From Bdellovibrionales bacterium (GTDB lineage Bacteria > Bdellovibrionota > Bdellovibrionia > Bdellovibrionales > JAGQZY01), in contig CAXRHT010000002.1 in assembly GCA_964230645.1 (NCBI GenBank), positions 1,600,001-1,664,000 on the forward strand: DNA of 64,000 bases. The letters run 5' to 3'. The notes below the pieces were generated by a model. It saw only the letters and a list, made by a program, of their open reading frames with translations, made no database searches and was not told where the DNA came from. How positions within the stretch are numbered: position 1 is the first letter of the stretch; each line of letters starts with the position of its first letter. The position numbers and the translations under genes were made by a program. Positions 9,547 to 18,675 of the stretch are shown here, one piece after another.

Positions 9547-9930
9547 CTAAGTGAGGGTGCCGAATTCTCCCGTGGCATTGGCAATGGCTTGCTGAGAGAG
9601 AGCCTCAAGGTCTAAGGTCTTCAACCGATCCAGTGCTAGCTCTATTTGCCCCTCTCTACACATGGCTGCTGCGGCGGAATCGATCTCGGCCCCTTTCAAA
9701 GCTTTGATGGCCTCTTCTTGGATAAATTTAGCGACCACTAGTCCCACTTCGTCGCAACGTTTGCAATTTAACTCGTGCCCTTTCTTGTTTTGCCTTTGAT
9801 CCGCGGAGATCACCCAATCCCTGGGGTGAAAGGGAGGATCATGGCGTACATGCTGTTTGTGCCCGCACTGAAGGTCGGCTACCCAATGATTTTCTTCGTC
9901 TTTGTGAAAACCTGTGATCTTTTGTTTCAT
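9547..9930 (-). CDS. DUF3565-domain protein with a C-terminal extension
   Basis: ITGFHKDEENHWVADLQCGHKQHVRHDPP...RDWV...LNCKRCD. Confidence 0.85.
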   Translation of the reverse strand: MKQKITGFHKDEENHWVADLQCGHKQHVRHDPPFHPRDWVISADQRQNKKGHELNCKRCDEVGLVVAKFIQEEAIKALKGAEIDSAAAAMCREGQIELALDRLKTLDLEALSQQAIANATGEFGTLT

Positions 9931-10062
9931 ACCTAAATCCCCTACTGGTCCCCTTTAAAGTTTAGCAAAGGCAGGCTTGGGTTGAAAACACCCAACATTT
10001 TCGACTTTTTGATCCCTTGAAAAAGGACCTATTCTACGACTTTACTTGATTTAGCTTAAATT

Positions 10063-12093
10063 ATGGGCTCTAATGGCCCGCAGATGACAAATACTTCCTC
10101 CCGGCTGCTCTCACTTATTCTCTCTTCTCGTTCAAGTTTTAGCGCAACTGTCTTGTTCTTTTTGTTCATTCTACTTTACTTTCTTCTGCTCACTTTTGAT
10201 TTTGCAATTGAAGATCTTGCTTATAGAAGTCACTACTTAAGCATTCATACTCTTTTAGAGCTAGCCGCAGTCTTGCCTTCCTTTGCCATCTTCACTCTTG
10301 GGTCTGCTACCATCCAGTCAGTTCGTAAAAAGTCGATTATATTACTCAGTGCTTTTAGTTTGTGTGCGGCCTTTTTGGATATTGGTCATATCCTTTCATA
10401 CCCTGGCATGCCCAACTTCGTCTCTCCAAGTAGTGCCGATAAAGGTATCTACTTTTGGTTAGCCTCACGCCTCACTGACAGTGTTAGTTTTTTTATAGTT
10501 GCGGTTTTGTCACTGAAGCAAGAGTTCGAAATGAGTTCGACGTCCCTCAGTCGAATGAGCCGCATCAGCTTTCCTGCTGCTATTTTTTATACGCTTTTTG
10601 CCTACTATATTATTTTAGGCTTTCCTCAGTACTTACCCGATATGTTTGTAGATGGGGAAGGGCTCACCACCCTTAAGGTTTCACTAGAAATGCTCGTTGG
10701 GGTACTCACATTTGTGACCGGAATTCTATTCTTAAAAAAAGCACTCAGAGAAGATGGGAAAACGGCTGAGGTATTTTATGGCCTGGCCCTTGGAGCTTTT
10801 ATTTTTTGCCTCGGTAGTTTTTGTTTTCTCAGTTACTCAACAATTGACGATCGCTTCAACTTACTCGGTCACCTTTTAAAAGCAGCAGCCATGTTCCTGA
10901 TTCTTCGAAGCGTTTTTATCGAATGCGTCTTCCTACCGTTGCAGTATACCCAGAGCTTAGCTTTAAAGGCTGAAGCCGCTAAAACCGCTAAGACCAAGTT
11001 TTTAGCCAGTGTCAGTCACGAACTAAGAACTCCATTGGGTATTATTTCTGGCTACAGCGAACTTCTTCAAAGTCGTCTTGTCGATGCTGAGAACAAATCC
11101 TGGGCTGAGAGTATTTATCGAAACGTTTCCCAGCTTCGCCTATTGATAGATGATTTCCTCGATCTGGTTAAAATGGAAAACCAGAAACTAAGCATTAGCC
11201 CCAGCTCCTTTGATATATCTACATTTCTTTCTGATCTTAAAGACGCCTTCAATATGTTGAGCTCAGAAAAAGGCTTAAAGTTTACTATCGAAAATGAACT
11301 GCCCTCCGATTATAAACTCAGTACCGACTATTATCGGCTCAAGCAAATTCTTGATAACCTCATCAGTAATGCGATCAAATTTACCGATGAGGGTGACATC
11401 GTTCTTCGTGTGTTTTCCGGTAAAGATAGTATTTATTTTAGTGTCAAAGACTCCGGCCAAGGAATTCCAGAAGAGGGGCAAGAAAATCTTTTTCAACCAT
11501 TTAGCCAGCTTCATCAAGAGTACGGAAAAAGTCATGGGGGTACCGGTTTAGGGCTTGCGATCTCTAAAAACCTCGCCAACCTTTTAGGAGGCGACTTAAC
11601 TCTTGTAAGCTCCAAAATCAATGAAGGCAGTGAGTTCTTACTGCGAATTGAAAAAAATGTTCATGACGCGATTTCAAAGTCAGCCATCGAACTTTCCTCT
11701 CTAAGAATTACTCCCGAACCGGCCGTGCCCGATTTTTCAGAAAAGAATGTTTTAGTGGTCGACGATAATAAAGAAAATTTAGTTCTGCTTGATATCTTCT
11801 TAAAACCCACCAATGCGGATGTTGTTTGCGTCTCAAGTGGCCCGGAGGCTTTGGACAAGCTCGCCGATCAATCGTTCAATATTATTCTGATGGATATTCA
11901 GATGCCAGAGATGAGTGGTTTTGAAACGATTGAGCGTATCCGTGCACAGGGGATCAAAACACCCGTCGTCGCTGTATCCGCCCACGCCCTTGAGGAAGAA
12001 AAGCAAAGAGCCATTCAGGTAGGCTTTGATGACTATTGCTCAAAACCCATTGATGTCAGTCACCTTTTGCAATCCATGCAAAAGTTACTATAG
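10063..12093 (+). CDS. Hybrid sensor histidine kinase/response regulator with a MASE3 membrane domain
   Basis: MASE3-like HTLLE, LDIGHILSYPGMP and FWLASRL; H-box SHELRTPL; NLISNAIKFT; GTGLGL; receiver VVDD, LMDIQMP and KP. Confidence 0.9.
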   Translation: MGSNGPQMTNTSSRLLSLILSSRSSFSATVLFFLFILLYFLLLTFDFAIEDLAYRSHYLSIHTLLELAAVLPSFAIFTLGSATIQSVRKKSIILLSAFSLCAAFLDIGHILSYPGMPNFVSPSSADKGIYFWLASRLTDSVSFFIVAVLSLKQEFEMSSTSLSRMSRISFPAAIFYTLFAYYIILGFPQYLPDMFVDGEGLTTLKVSLEMLVGVLTFVTGILFLKKALREDGKTAEVFYGLALGAFIFCLGSFCFLSYSTIDDRFNLLGHLLKAAAMFLILRSVFIECVFLPLQYTQSLALKAEAAKTAKTKFLASVSHELRTPLGIISGYSELLQSRLVDAENKSWAESIYRNVSQLRLLIDDFLDLVKMENQKLSISPSSFDISTFLSDLKDAFNMLSSEKGLKFTIENELPSDYKLSTDYYRLKQILDNLISNAIKFTDEGDIVLRVFSGKDSIYFSVKDSGQGIPEEGQENLFQPFSQLHQEYGKSHGGTGLGLAISKNLANLLGGDLTLVSSKINEGSEFLLRIEKNVHDAISKSAIELSSLRITPEPAVPDFSEKNVLVVDDNKENLVLLDIFLKPTNADVVCVSSGPEALDKLADQSFNIILMDIQMPEMSGFETIERIRAQGIKTPVVAVSAHALEEEKQRAIQVGFDDYCSKPIDVSHLLQSMQKLL

Positions 12094-12435
12094 AAAAACG
12101 AGAGCCTAAAAAAAACATACAATCCTCACAGAACTCTACATAAGTAAGAGGTGGGAGATCTCGTGGCCCCTACATCAATCGATAAATTAAAACAGTTGTC
12201 TATTTTTGAATGTCTTTTTTTCTGGAGATAAGGTCGTTGAAAAAATAGTCGGCGGATGCCCGCTACTTTGTGAAGTTTTCAACACATTTTCATTGATCTC
12301 GCACTATTTTGAATTGATCAAAAAATGGCCTAACCAACGGCGATGCCGACTCATTTTGTGCTTCGTTTCTGATCAGGTTTAAAATAATATCTTAGTATTC
12401 TTTCGTTGATTTGAAACCAGTGAGCTTAGTGAATC

Positions 12436-15369
12436 ATGCAGAAAAATAAAATAGATTCTAAAACTTTCATCGACTCTGAAAATACCGAGAGACAACTGGA
12501 AGTTATTTTTCAAACCGTGGCCGATGCACTTCTAGTCCAAGACACTTCTTTTCGTTGTGTGTACGCCAACGATGTGGCCGCTATTCAATGTGGACTCAAA
12601 AATGCCGAAGAGCTCAAAAACATATCCATGGACAAAGTTTTTGGAAACTCTGCATTTGTCTTAGATGAAAATGGCAACCCCTTTGATATCAACCGATTGA
12701 CCGCACGCAGAGCTTTACTGGGTGAGGACCCTGCCGAAGAAATTTATTATTTGAAAGATAAAACAACTGGGCAAATGAAAATTTCCCGAGCCATTTCACG
12801 TCCGGTTCGAGACGCAGAGGGTAAGCCCATATTGGCTGTCACTCTCTTTCGAGACATCACTCAAGAAAAGCAAACCCAAGACGACATGAGGTTTTTAGCC
12901 GAGGCCAGTCGCACGATCACCCGCTCCCTTGAGCTAACGCAAACCCTAAAGGCTCTTGGTGACATTCTCGTACCCCAATTTGCCGACTGGTACGGAGTTG
13001 ATTTATTAAATGATGATGGACTTCTAGAAGTGGCCCATGCGACTCACAAAGACCCTTCTAAAATTTCTAAGGCTCTTGATATGAGAAAACGTTTCCCCAC
13101 TGATCCTGATGACGAAACTGGCATATATCAGGTTCTGAAAACGGGAGAGCCTCTTCTTATGAAAGAAATCCCAAGGGAACTTTATCTTAACAGAGCCCAG
13201 AGCGACGAGCATCGGAAACTGCTGGAAGAATTATCCATTAGCTCTGCTTTGGTTTTACCCCTAAAGGCCCAGCAACGGACAATCGGAGTGATGACTCTCT
13301 GCCAATCGGAGTCTGAAAGAAAGTTTAGCGAAGAAGACCAAGAGTTAATGCTCGATTTTGCCGCTAGAGCCAGCTTGGCTATTGATAACGCCCGCCTTTT
13401 TAGTAAAGCACAGTCAGACAATGCAAAATTGAATATTGCCCTGGGGGCAGCGAAGCTTGGGGTGTTTGACTGGCAGGTCTCAAGCGACAAACTCTATTGG
13501 TCCGACCGTACAAAAGAAATTTATGAGTGGGATGAGGAGAAAGCTCTCGACGGTATTGACTCCTATATCAACAAACTTCACCCGGAACATCGTCCTCTGA
13601 TAGAAGCGACTCTAGAGAATGCAATTGCAGAAAGAAGAGATTACGAGTTTGAACACAAGTTTTTTATGAAAGACGGAAGCGTTCGTTGGGTTCAATGCAA
13701 CGGACACCCTTATTTTGATTCCAATGACAAATTTGTTGGCATCACAGGAACAGTAAAAGATATCACTTGGAAAAAGAAAGCGGCTCAGAACGAGGCTAAA
13801 ATCAATCAACTTGAAAAAATCGCCGCGCAATTAGCCAATCAAACCGAACCAAGGATGATCGCACAAACTATCATCGAAGAAGGCTTAAAGGTCATTAATG
13901 CTAAGGCTGGGTATCTTGCTCTTTTAAAAGACGAAGCTCTTGAGGTTATTTTTGAACATGGCTACACCGACCAATCCGTAGAAATTTCTAAAGAACTTGA
14001 GCTTGAAGAAGAGTCACCCCTTATGGAGGCCATTGACAGTAAGAAACCGGTTCACTTTCGATCCGAGATTATTTGTCCTTTGACGGCTGGCTCAGAGGTA
14101 CTTGGAGTCATTGGTATTCAGTTCACTAACCCAGAAGGGGGCACTCTTTCCCTGCAAACTTACATTCAGATTCTTTGCTCCTACGCGGCTCAAGCTTTAG
14201 AAAGAGCTCAAAACTTTAGAGAGGCCAATGAGGCTAGGAAAAAAGCCGAAGAAGCCAACAATGCTAAATCTATCTTTTTGGCCAATATGAGTCATGAGAT
14301 TCGAACACCTATGAATGCTATTTTAGGATTTACCGATCTTCTTCGTTCAAAAAACATCTCGGAGGAAGATAAGGAACAATATCTTTCACGCATCGAGCGC
14401 AATGGCGACCAGCTTTTACACCTCATCGACGACATCCTTGATCTCTCTCGAATCGAAGCCAACCAAATGACCATAAGTCATGATTCGTTTTCCGTGAAAA
14501 AACTCCTAAAAGAGGTTTATGATTCCCTTTCCGTTTTAATTCTCGACAAAGAAATAGAAACGAAGTTGGATATCGAGGAAAACCTCCCGGACGCAATGGT
14601 TTCTGATTATATGCGAGTTCGCCAGATCTTGATGAATCTTGTCAGTAATGCCGCAAAGTTTACAGACCATGGCGAAATAACTATTCGAGCTCTCAATGAT
14701 AATGGTCAGGTTCGCATTGAGGTTCAAGACACCGGTATAGGCATGAACCCCTCTGTTAAAAATCAACTTTTCAAACATTTCTCTCAGGGTGATGTTTCGG
14801 TGACTCGAAAATACGGGGGTAGCGGATTAGGGCTGGCTCTATCACGCAAACTAACAAGAATGCTAGGTGGAGATCTAGAACTCATTCACAGTGAAACCGG
14901 AAAGGGCTCAACCTTTGCAGCCTTTTTTCCACTCAATTTAGAAACTTTAAATCCAGACTCTGAAAACGAGGAACCTCACTCCTCTGAAACCCCAGCAAAA
15001 CAAGAGGCTCTAAAAGGAAGAAAAATACTTTTAGCCGAGGACTCGTCCGATAATCGGGCCTTAATCTCCATTTATCTCAAGCAGACAGGAGCGGAACTAA
15101 CAAGTGTTGACGATGGTATCGAAGCCGTAAGAGCCGTTGAGAATGAAAACTTTGATTTAATACTTATGGATATACAGATGCCAAATATGGATGGGCTGCA
15201 GGCCACCCAGCTGATTCGCACAATGGGTTATAAAGGGCCAATCCTAGCATTGACAGCTCATGCTCTTGGTGAGGAAATTCAAAAATCGCTCAATGCTGGC
15301 TGTAACACACATTTAACGAAACCGATCTCTCAAAGCCATCTTATTGCAGAGATTTCTCAGTCTTTGTAG
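12436..15369 (+). CDS. Cytoplasmic PAS/GAF hybrid histidine kinase/response regulator
   Basis: PAS-GAF-PAS-GAF input; SHEIRTPMNAI; NLVSNAAKFT; GSGLGL; receiver LAED, LMDIQMP and KP. Confidence 0.92.
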   Translation: MQKNKIDSKTFIDSENTERQLEVIFQTVADALLVQDTSFRCVYANDVAAIQCGLKNAEELKNISMDKVFGNSAFVLDENGNPFDINRLTARRALLGEDPAEEIYYLKDKTTGQMKISRAISRPVRDAEGKPILAVTLFRDITQEKQTQDDMRFLAEASRTITRSLELTQTLKALGDILVPQFADWYGVDLLNDDGLLEVAHATHKDPSKISKALDMRKRFPTDPDDETGIYQVLKTGEPLLMKEIPRELYLNRAQSDEHRKLLEELSISSALVLPLKAQQRTIGVMTLCQSESERKFSEEDQELMLDFAARASLAIDNARLFSKAQSDNAKLNIALGAAKLGVFDWQVSSDKLYWSDRTKEIYEWDEEKALDGIDSYINKLHPEHRPLIEATLENAIAERRDYEFEHKFFMKDGSVRWVQCNGHPYFDSNDKFVGITGTVKDITWKKKAAQNEAKINQLEKIAAQLANQTEPRMIAQTIIEEGLKVINAKAGYLALLKDEALEVIFEHGYTDQSVEISKELELEEESPLMEAIDSKKPVHFRSEIICPLTAGSEVLGVIGIQFTNPEGGTLSLQTYIQILCSYAAQALERAQNFREANEARKKAEEANNAKSIFLANMSHEIRTPMNAILGFTDLLRSKNISEEDKEQYLSRIERNGDQLLHLIDDILDLSRIEANQMTISHDSFSVKKLLKEVYDSLSVLILDKEIETKLDIEENLPDAMVSDYMRVRQILMNLVSNAAKFTDHGEITIRALNDNGQVRIEVQDTGIGMNPSVKNQLFKHFSQGDVSVTRKYGGSGLGLALSRKLTRMLGGDLELIHSETGKGSTFAAFFPLNLETLNPDSENEEPHSSETPAKQEALKGRKILLAEDSSDNRALISIYLKQTGAELTSVDDGIEAVRAVENENFDLILMDIQMPNMDGLQATQLIRTMGYKGPILALTAHALGEEIQKSLNAGCNTHLTKPISQSHLIAEISQSL

Positions 15370-15414
15370 CGACCGACTCATCGGTGGAGAGATTTTATAA
15401 TATAGGAGTCCGTT

Positions 15415-16716
15415 ATGAAAACACGTACTTATATCTTTAGAAAATTAATTATCTTCCTTGGTTTTACTAGTCTTATGCTGGCTTATCTTAACTGCTCCGG
15501 CTCAGAATCCAGTGTGGTGAGTAACAATGCCAGTTGCGAAGAAGGGGAAATTCTAAACCCCTTTGGGACTTGCGTACTTGAAAGTCCAAGCTCCATTGAA
15601 AACCCAAGCCTTTCTCGGGAAAGCTTTCTTACTGGTCTTTCTTCGCCCTGGGACATGGCCTTTTTAGAGGACGGAACTCTTTTCTTTACTGAGAAATGTC
15701 GAGGGCTTTCCGTCAGATTGACGGATGGAACGACTCATTTTCTTTTTGGAACGAGCGGAGCCGCTTTGGAAGCCAGCGATATTTTTTGCCAAGGACAGAG
15801 TGGAGTTAACGGTGTGGCTGTCGATCCAGAATTTTCCAATAATCGATGGGTTTATATTTTCACGACCTCAAATTTAAGTACCAATCCTCGTACCAACCGC
15901 GTGATCCGACTGAAAGTTTCTGAAGATTTAACTTCAGTTTTTAATCGCCAAGATATCGTGACCGATATAGCTTTTAAAAATTCAGGCAATGATGTGGGTG
16001 GTGCGGGTGCTCACAGTGGTGGGCGGCTGCGTTTTGGACCTGGAGGTTACCTTTTCATTACTACAGGTGATAACCACAACGGTCCCCTCCCCCAAGATCT
16101 CAATAGCTTGGGTGGAAAAGTTTTGAGAGTGGATCGCAATGGAAACGCAGGTTCCAATAACAACACCCCCACTGGCGGCGACCCAAGAATTTTTACTTAC
16201 GGACATCGCAATGTACAGGGTCTTTCCTTTCATCCCATCACCGCTCGTCCGTTTGTGGCTGAACATGGTCCCGGGCATTCTGATGAAGTCACTGCTCTAG
16301 TGGCTGGAGGAAATGCTGGTTGGGACCCAAGGCCTAACGGAGGAGTCACTTGCCCCTCCGATTATTGTGGTTACACCACTAATAAGCCCAGTGGTGTTCC
16401 CACTCCCATGACGGATTTTCAGAAATTCCCTGAAGCTATGCCTCCACTGTGGACTAATGATGGGGACTCCGATGGAATGGGCCCTTGCCAGTTCCTTAGT
16501 GGCGCACAATGGAAAGCTTGGCACACCCGACTGGCCGTGGGCATCATGGGGGCGCGGCGCCTTGATCTCGTGGAGGTTATTGAGGGTGACAAACTTGGAG
16601 AAATAATGACCTTGGATTTTCCAGACGAACGCGTGCGCTCGCTCGTGCAAGGCCCTAATGGAAACCTTTTTGTTATGACCGACAGTGGAAATATTTGGGA
16701 ATTACAACCGAATTGA
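15415..16716 (+). CDS. PQQ-dependent glucose/sorbosone dehydrogenase-family lipoprotein
   Basis: Lipobox-like YLNCSG; LSSPWDMAF, HSGGRLRFGP, GHRNVQG, EHGP-DE and RVRS motifs. Confidence 0.88.
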   Translation: MKTRTYIFRKLIIFLGFTSLMLAYLNCSGSESSVVSNNASCEEGEILNPFGTCVLESPSSIENPSLSRESFLTGLSSPWDMAFLEDGTLFFTEKCRGLSVRLTDGTTHFLFGTSGAALEASDIFCQGQSGVNGVAVDPEFSNNRWVYIFTTSNLSTNPRTNRVIRLKVSEDLTSVFNRQDIVTDIAFKNSGNDVGGAGAHSGGRLRFGPGGYLFITTGDNHNGPLPQDLNSLGGKVLRVDRNGNAGSNNNTPTGGDPRIFTYGHRNVQGLSFHPITARPFVAEHGPGHSDEVTALVAGGNAGWDPRPNGGVTCPSDYCGYTTNKPSGVPTPMTDFQKFPEAMPPLWTNDGDSDGMGPCQFLSGAQWKAWHTRLAVGIMGARRLDLVEVIEGDKLGEIMTLDFPDERVRSLVQGPNGNLFVMTDSGNIWELQPN

Positions 16717-16752
16717 GTTCCCGAATTTTAGGGATAAGTTTATAACTGAGTT

Positions 16753-17256
16753 GTGAAAACCAATCGTCTAAGACTAAGAAGACCAAACTCTAGTGATGAG
16801 GATTTCTTTTTCCAATTAGAAAACGATCTCGAGGTGTTTCGCTTTCTTCCTCCAGGACGACCTTTTGATCGTAATAAGGTTCGTCTGCACCTTCAGCAGT
16901 ATATTGATAAGAAAGGCCTTTATCGCCCCTTTGGATTCTGGGTGGCTGAACGAAAAGACGATAAGGAACGTGTTGGATACGGCCTACTTCTTAACTTCGG
17001 AGGGGATGAATATCGCTTGGGCTATGTTATCTCAAAAAAGTTTTGGGGTTTAGGCTACGCGACGGAGATCTCCGAGAGGCTTATTTCTTTTGGTTTCGAG
17101 AACAAACTTAAGAGGATCCACGCAGTCACAAGCCCTGAAAACTCAGCCTCTCAAAAAGTGCTAAAAAAATTAGGTTTTTCTTTTAACCATGTTGTTCCAG
17201 GGGAAACCCCGGAAATCTTACTCAATTTATATAGTCTTGAAGATAGTAAATTGTGA
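16753..17256 (+). CDS. GNAT N-acetyltransferase (RimJ/RimL type)
   Basis: TNRLRLR, LGYVISKKFWGLGYATE and NSASQKVLKKLGF. Confidence 0.88.
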   Translation: MKTNRLRLRRPNSSDEDFFFQLENDLEVFRFLPPGRPFDRNKVRLHLQQYIDKKGLYRPFGFWVAERKDDKERVGYGLLLNFGGDEYRLGYVISKKFWGLGYATEISERLISFGFENKLKRIHAVTSPENSASQKVLKKLGFSFNHVVPGETPEILLNLYSLEDSKL

Positions 17257-17334
17257 CTTTTCTTGGAAGATTCTTTCGTTAACTTCAAGTAGTTTAGTCT
17301 CTCGTTTATCTTCAAAACTTAAGAGCGAGGTTTT

Positions 17335-18630
17335 ATGCGTTATGTGGTTCTAGTTTCATTGTTGATTTTGGGATGCCAGTCTAAAATTAAGGGCCCCGAA
17401 AGTGAGGGAATCTCCACAACCACTCAAAGTATGGAATTGCCCGAACCCAATCTCAATCATAGCGCTCGACGCTACAGTCGTGTGGTCGGTTGGGAAGAGA
17501 ATAAACCCAATGTTCCAGATGGTTTTGAGGTCATTAAATTCAGTGACGAGTTGAAAAATCCAAGGCGCCTTTTTCAACTGCCCAATGGCGACCTTCTGGT
17601 GGTAGAGGCTGAGAGTCTTTTTAAGAATAAGCAGGACAAAAAAGAATCTTTTCAGAATGGTAAAGTGGGCTCTCAAAACATGGGAAACAGTGCGAACCGT
17701 ATCACCATTTTTCAAGGCTTTAAAAAGAATGGTAAACCTAAAAAACAGAATGTTTTGCTAGAAGGAATCAAACAGCCCTACGGTGTTACTTTCGTAAGAA
17801 ATCATCTCTTTGTGGCAGGTACCGAGGGTGTTTGGAAATTTCCCTACAAACTGGGACAAACGAAAATCAACTTACAATCGGGTAAGAAAATTCTCAACCT
17901 TCCCGCTGGTGGTTACAACAACCATTGGACAAGAAACCTCATTCTGTCTCCTGATCAAAAACATATTTTCATTGCCGTGGGCTCTGCTAGTAATGTTGGT
18001 GAGTACGGCATGAAGGAAGAAAAAAGACGAGCCAATATTTTGAGAATAGACCTAGACGGAAAAAACGAAATCATTTACGCCTCTGGTTTAAGAAACCCCG
18101 TGGGAATGGATTTCTCTTTGACGGGAAAACTCTGGACGGTCGTCAATGAGCGAGACATGATTGGTGATGATCTTGTTCCGGACTATCTCGCCCAACCAAC
18201 AAAAGGTGAATTTTACGGCTGGCCCTATGTTTATTATGCCTCCCATCCTGATCCAAGAATGTATAATAAGCGCCCAAAAAATATGAAAAAGGCCAGCGTT
18301 CCTGAAGTGGCTCTTGGATCCCATACGGCCTCCCTAGGTCTGGGGTTTTACGACAAAAAAGTTTTTCCTCCAAGATATCATGGCGGTGCCTTTATTGGTC
18401 AGCATGGCTCGTGGAATCGTTCAGAACTCGTCGGTTACCAAGTTCTCTTCATTCCATTTAAAAACGGGAAACCTCACGGAAAGGCAGAAGTGTTTATGGA
18501 TGGATTTCTTAAAGATAAGTCCTCTTCCACTGTGTATGGACGCCCTGTCGGAGTTGAGGTTCTCCAGGATGGCAACCTTATGGTGGCCGATGACGCAAGT
18601 AACACCTTATGGCTTGTGCGTAAAAAGTAA
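17335..18630 (+). CDS. L-sorbosone dehydrogenase-family lipoprotein
   Basis: Lipobox ILGC; NHWTR, VGSASN, GLRNPVG, VNERD, FYGWPY, HGSWNR and GRPVGV. Confidence 0.9.
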   Translation: MRYVVLVSLLILGCQSKIKGPESEGISTTTQSMELPEPNLNHSARRYSRVVGWEENKPNVPDGFEVIKFSDELKNPRRLFQLPNGDLLVVEAESLFKNKQDKKESFQNGKVGSQNMGNSANRITIFQGFKKNGKPKKQNVLLEGIKQPYGVTFVRNHLFVAGTEGVWKFPYKLGQTKINLQSGKKILNLPAGGYNNHWTRNLILSPDQKHIFIAVGSASNVGEYGMKEEKRRANILRIDLDGKNEIIYASGLRNPVGMDFSLTGKLWTVVNERDMIGDDLVPDYLAQPTKGEFYGWPYVYYASHPDPRMYNKRPKNMKKASVPEVALGSHTASLGLGFYDKKVFPPRYHGGAFIGQHGSWNRSELVGYQVLFIPFKNGKPHGKAEVFMDGFLKDKSSSTVYGRPVGVEVLQDGNLMVADDASNTLWLVRKK

Positions 18631-18675
18631 GGCAGCGTTTACAAAATTGGATTCGTCGTTAATAACACTAGCTCC

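Noticed and set aside
12094..12435. Intergenic region between the hybrid kinases as a riboswitch or sRNA
   Set aside because: Only short weak stems, with no recognisable aptamer or terminator.
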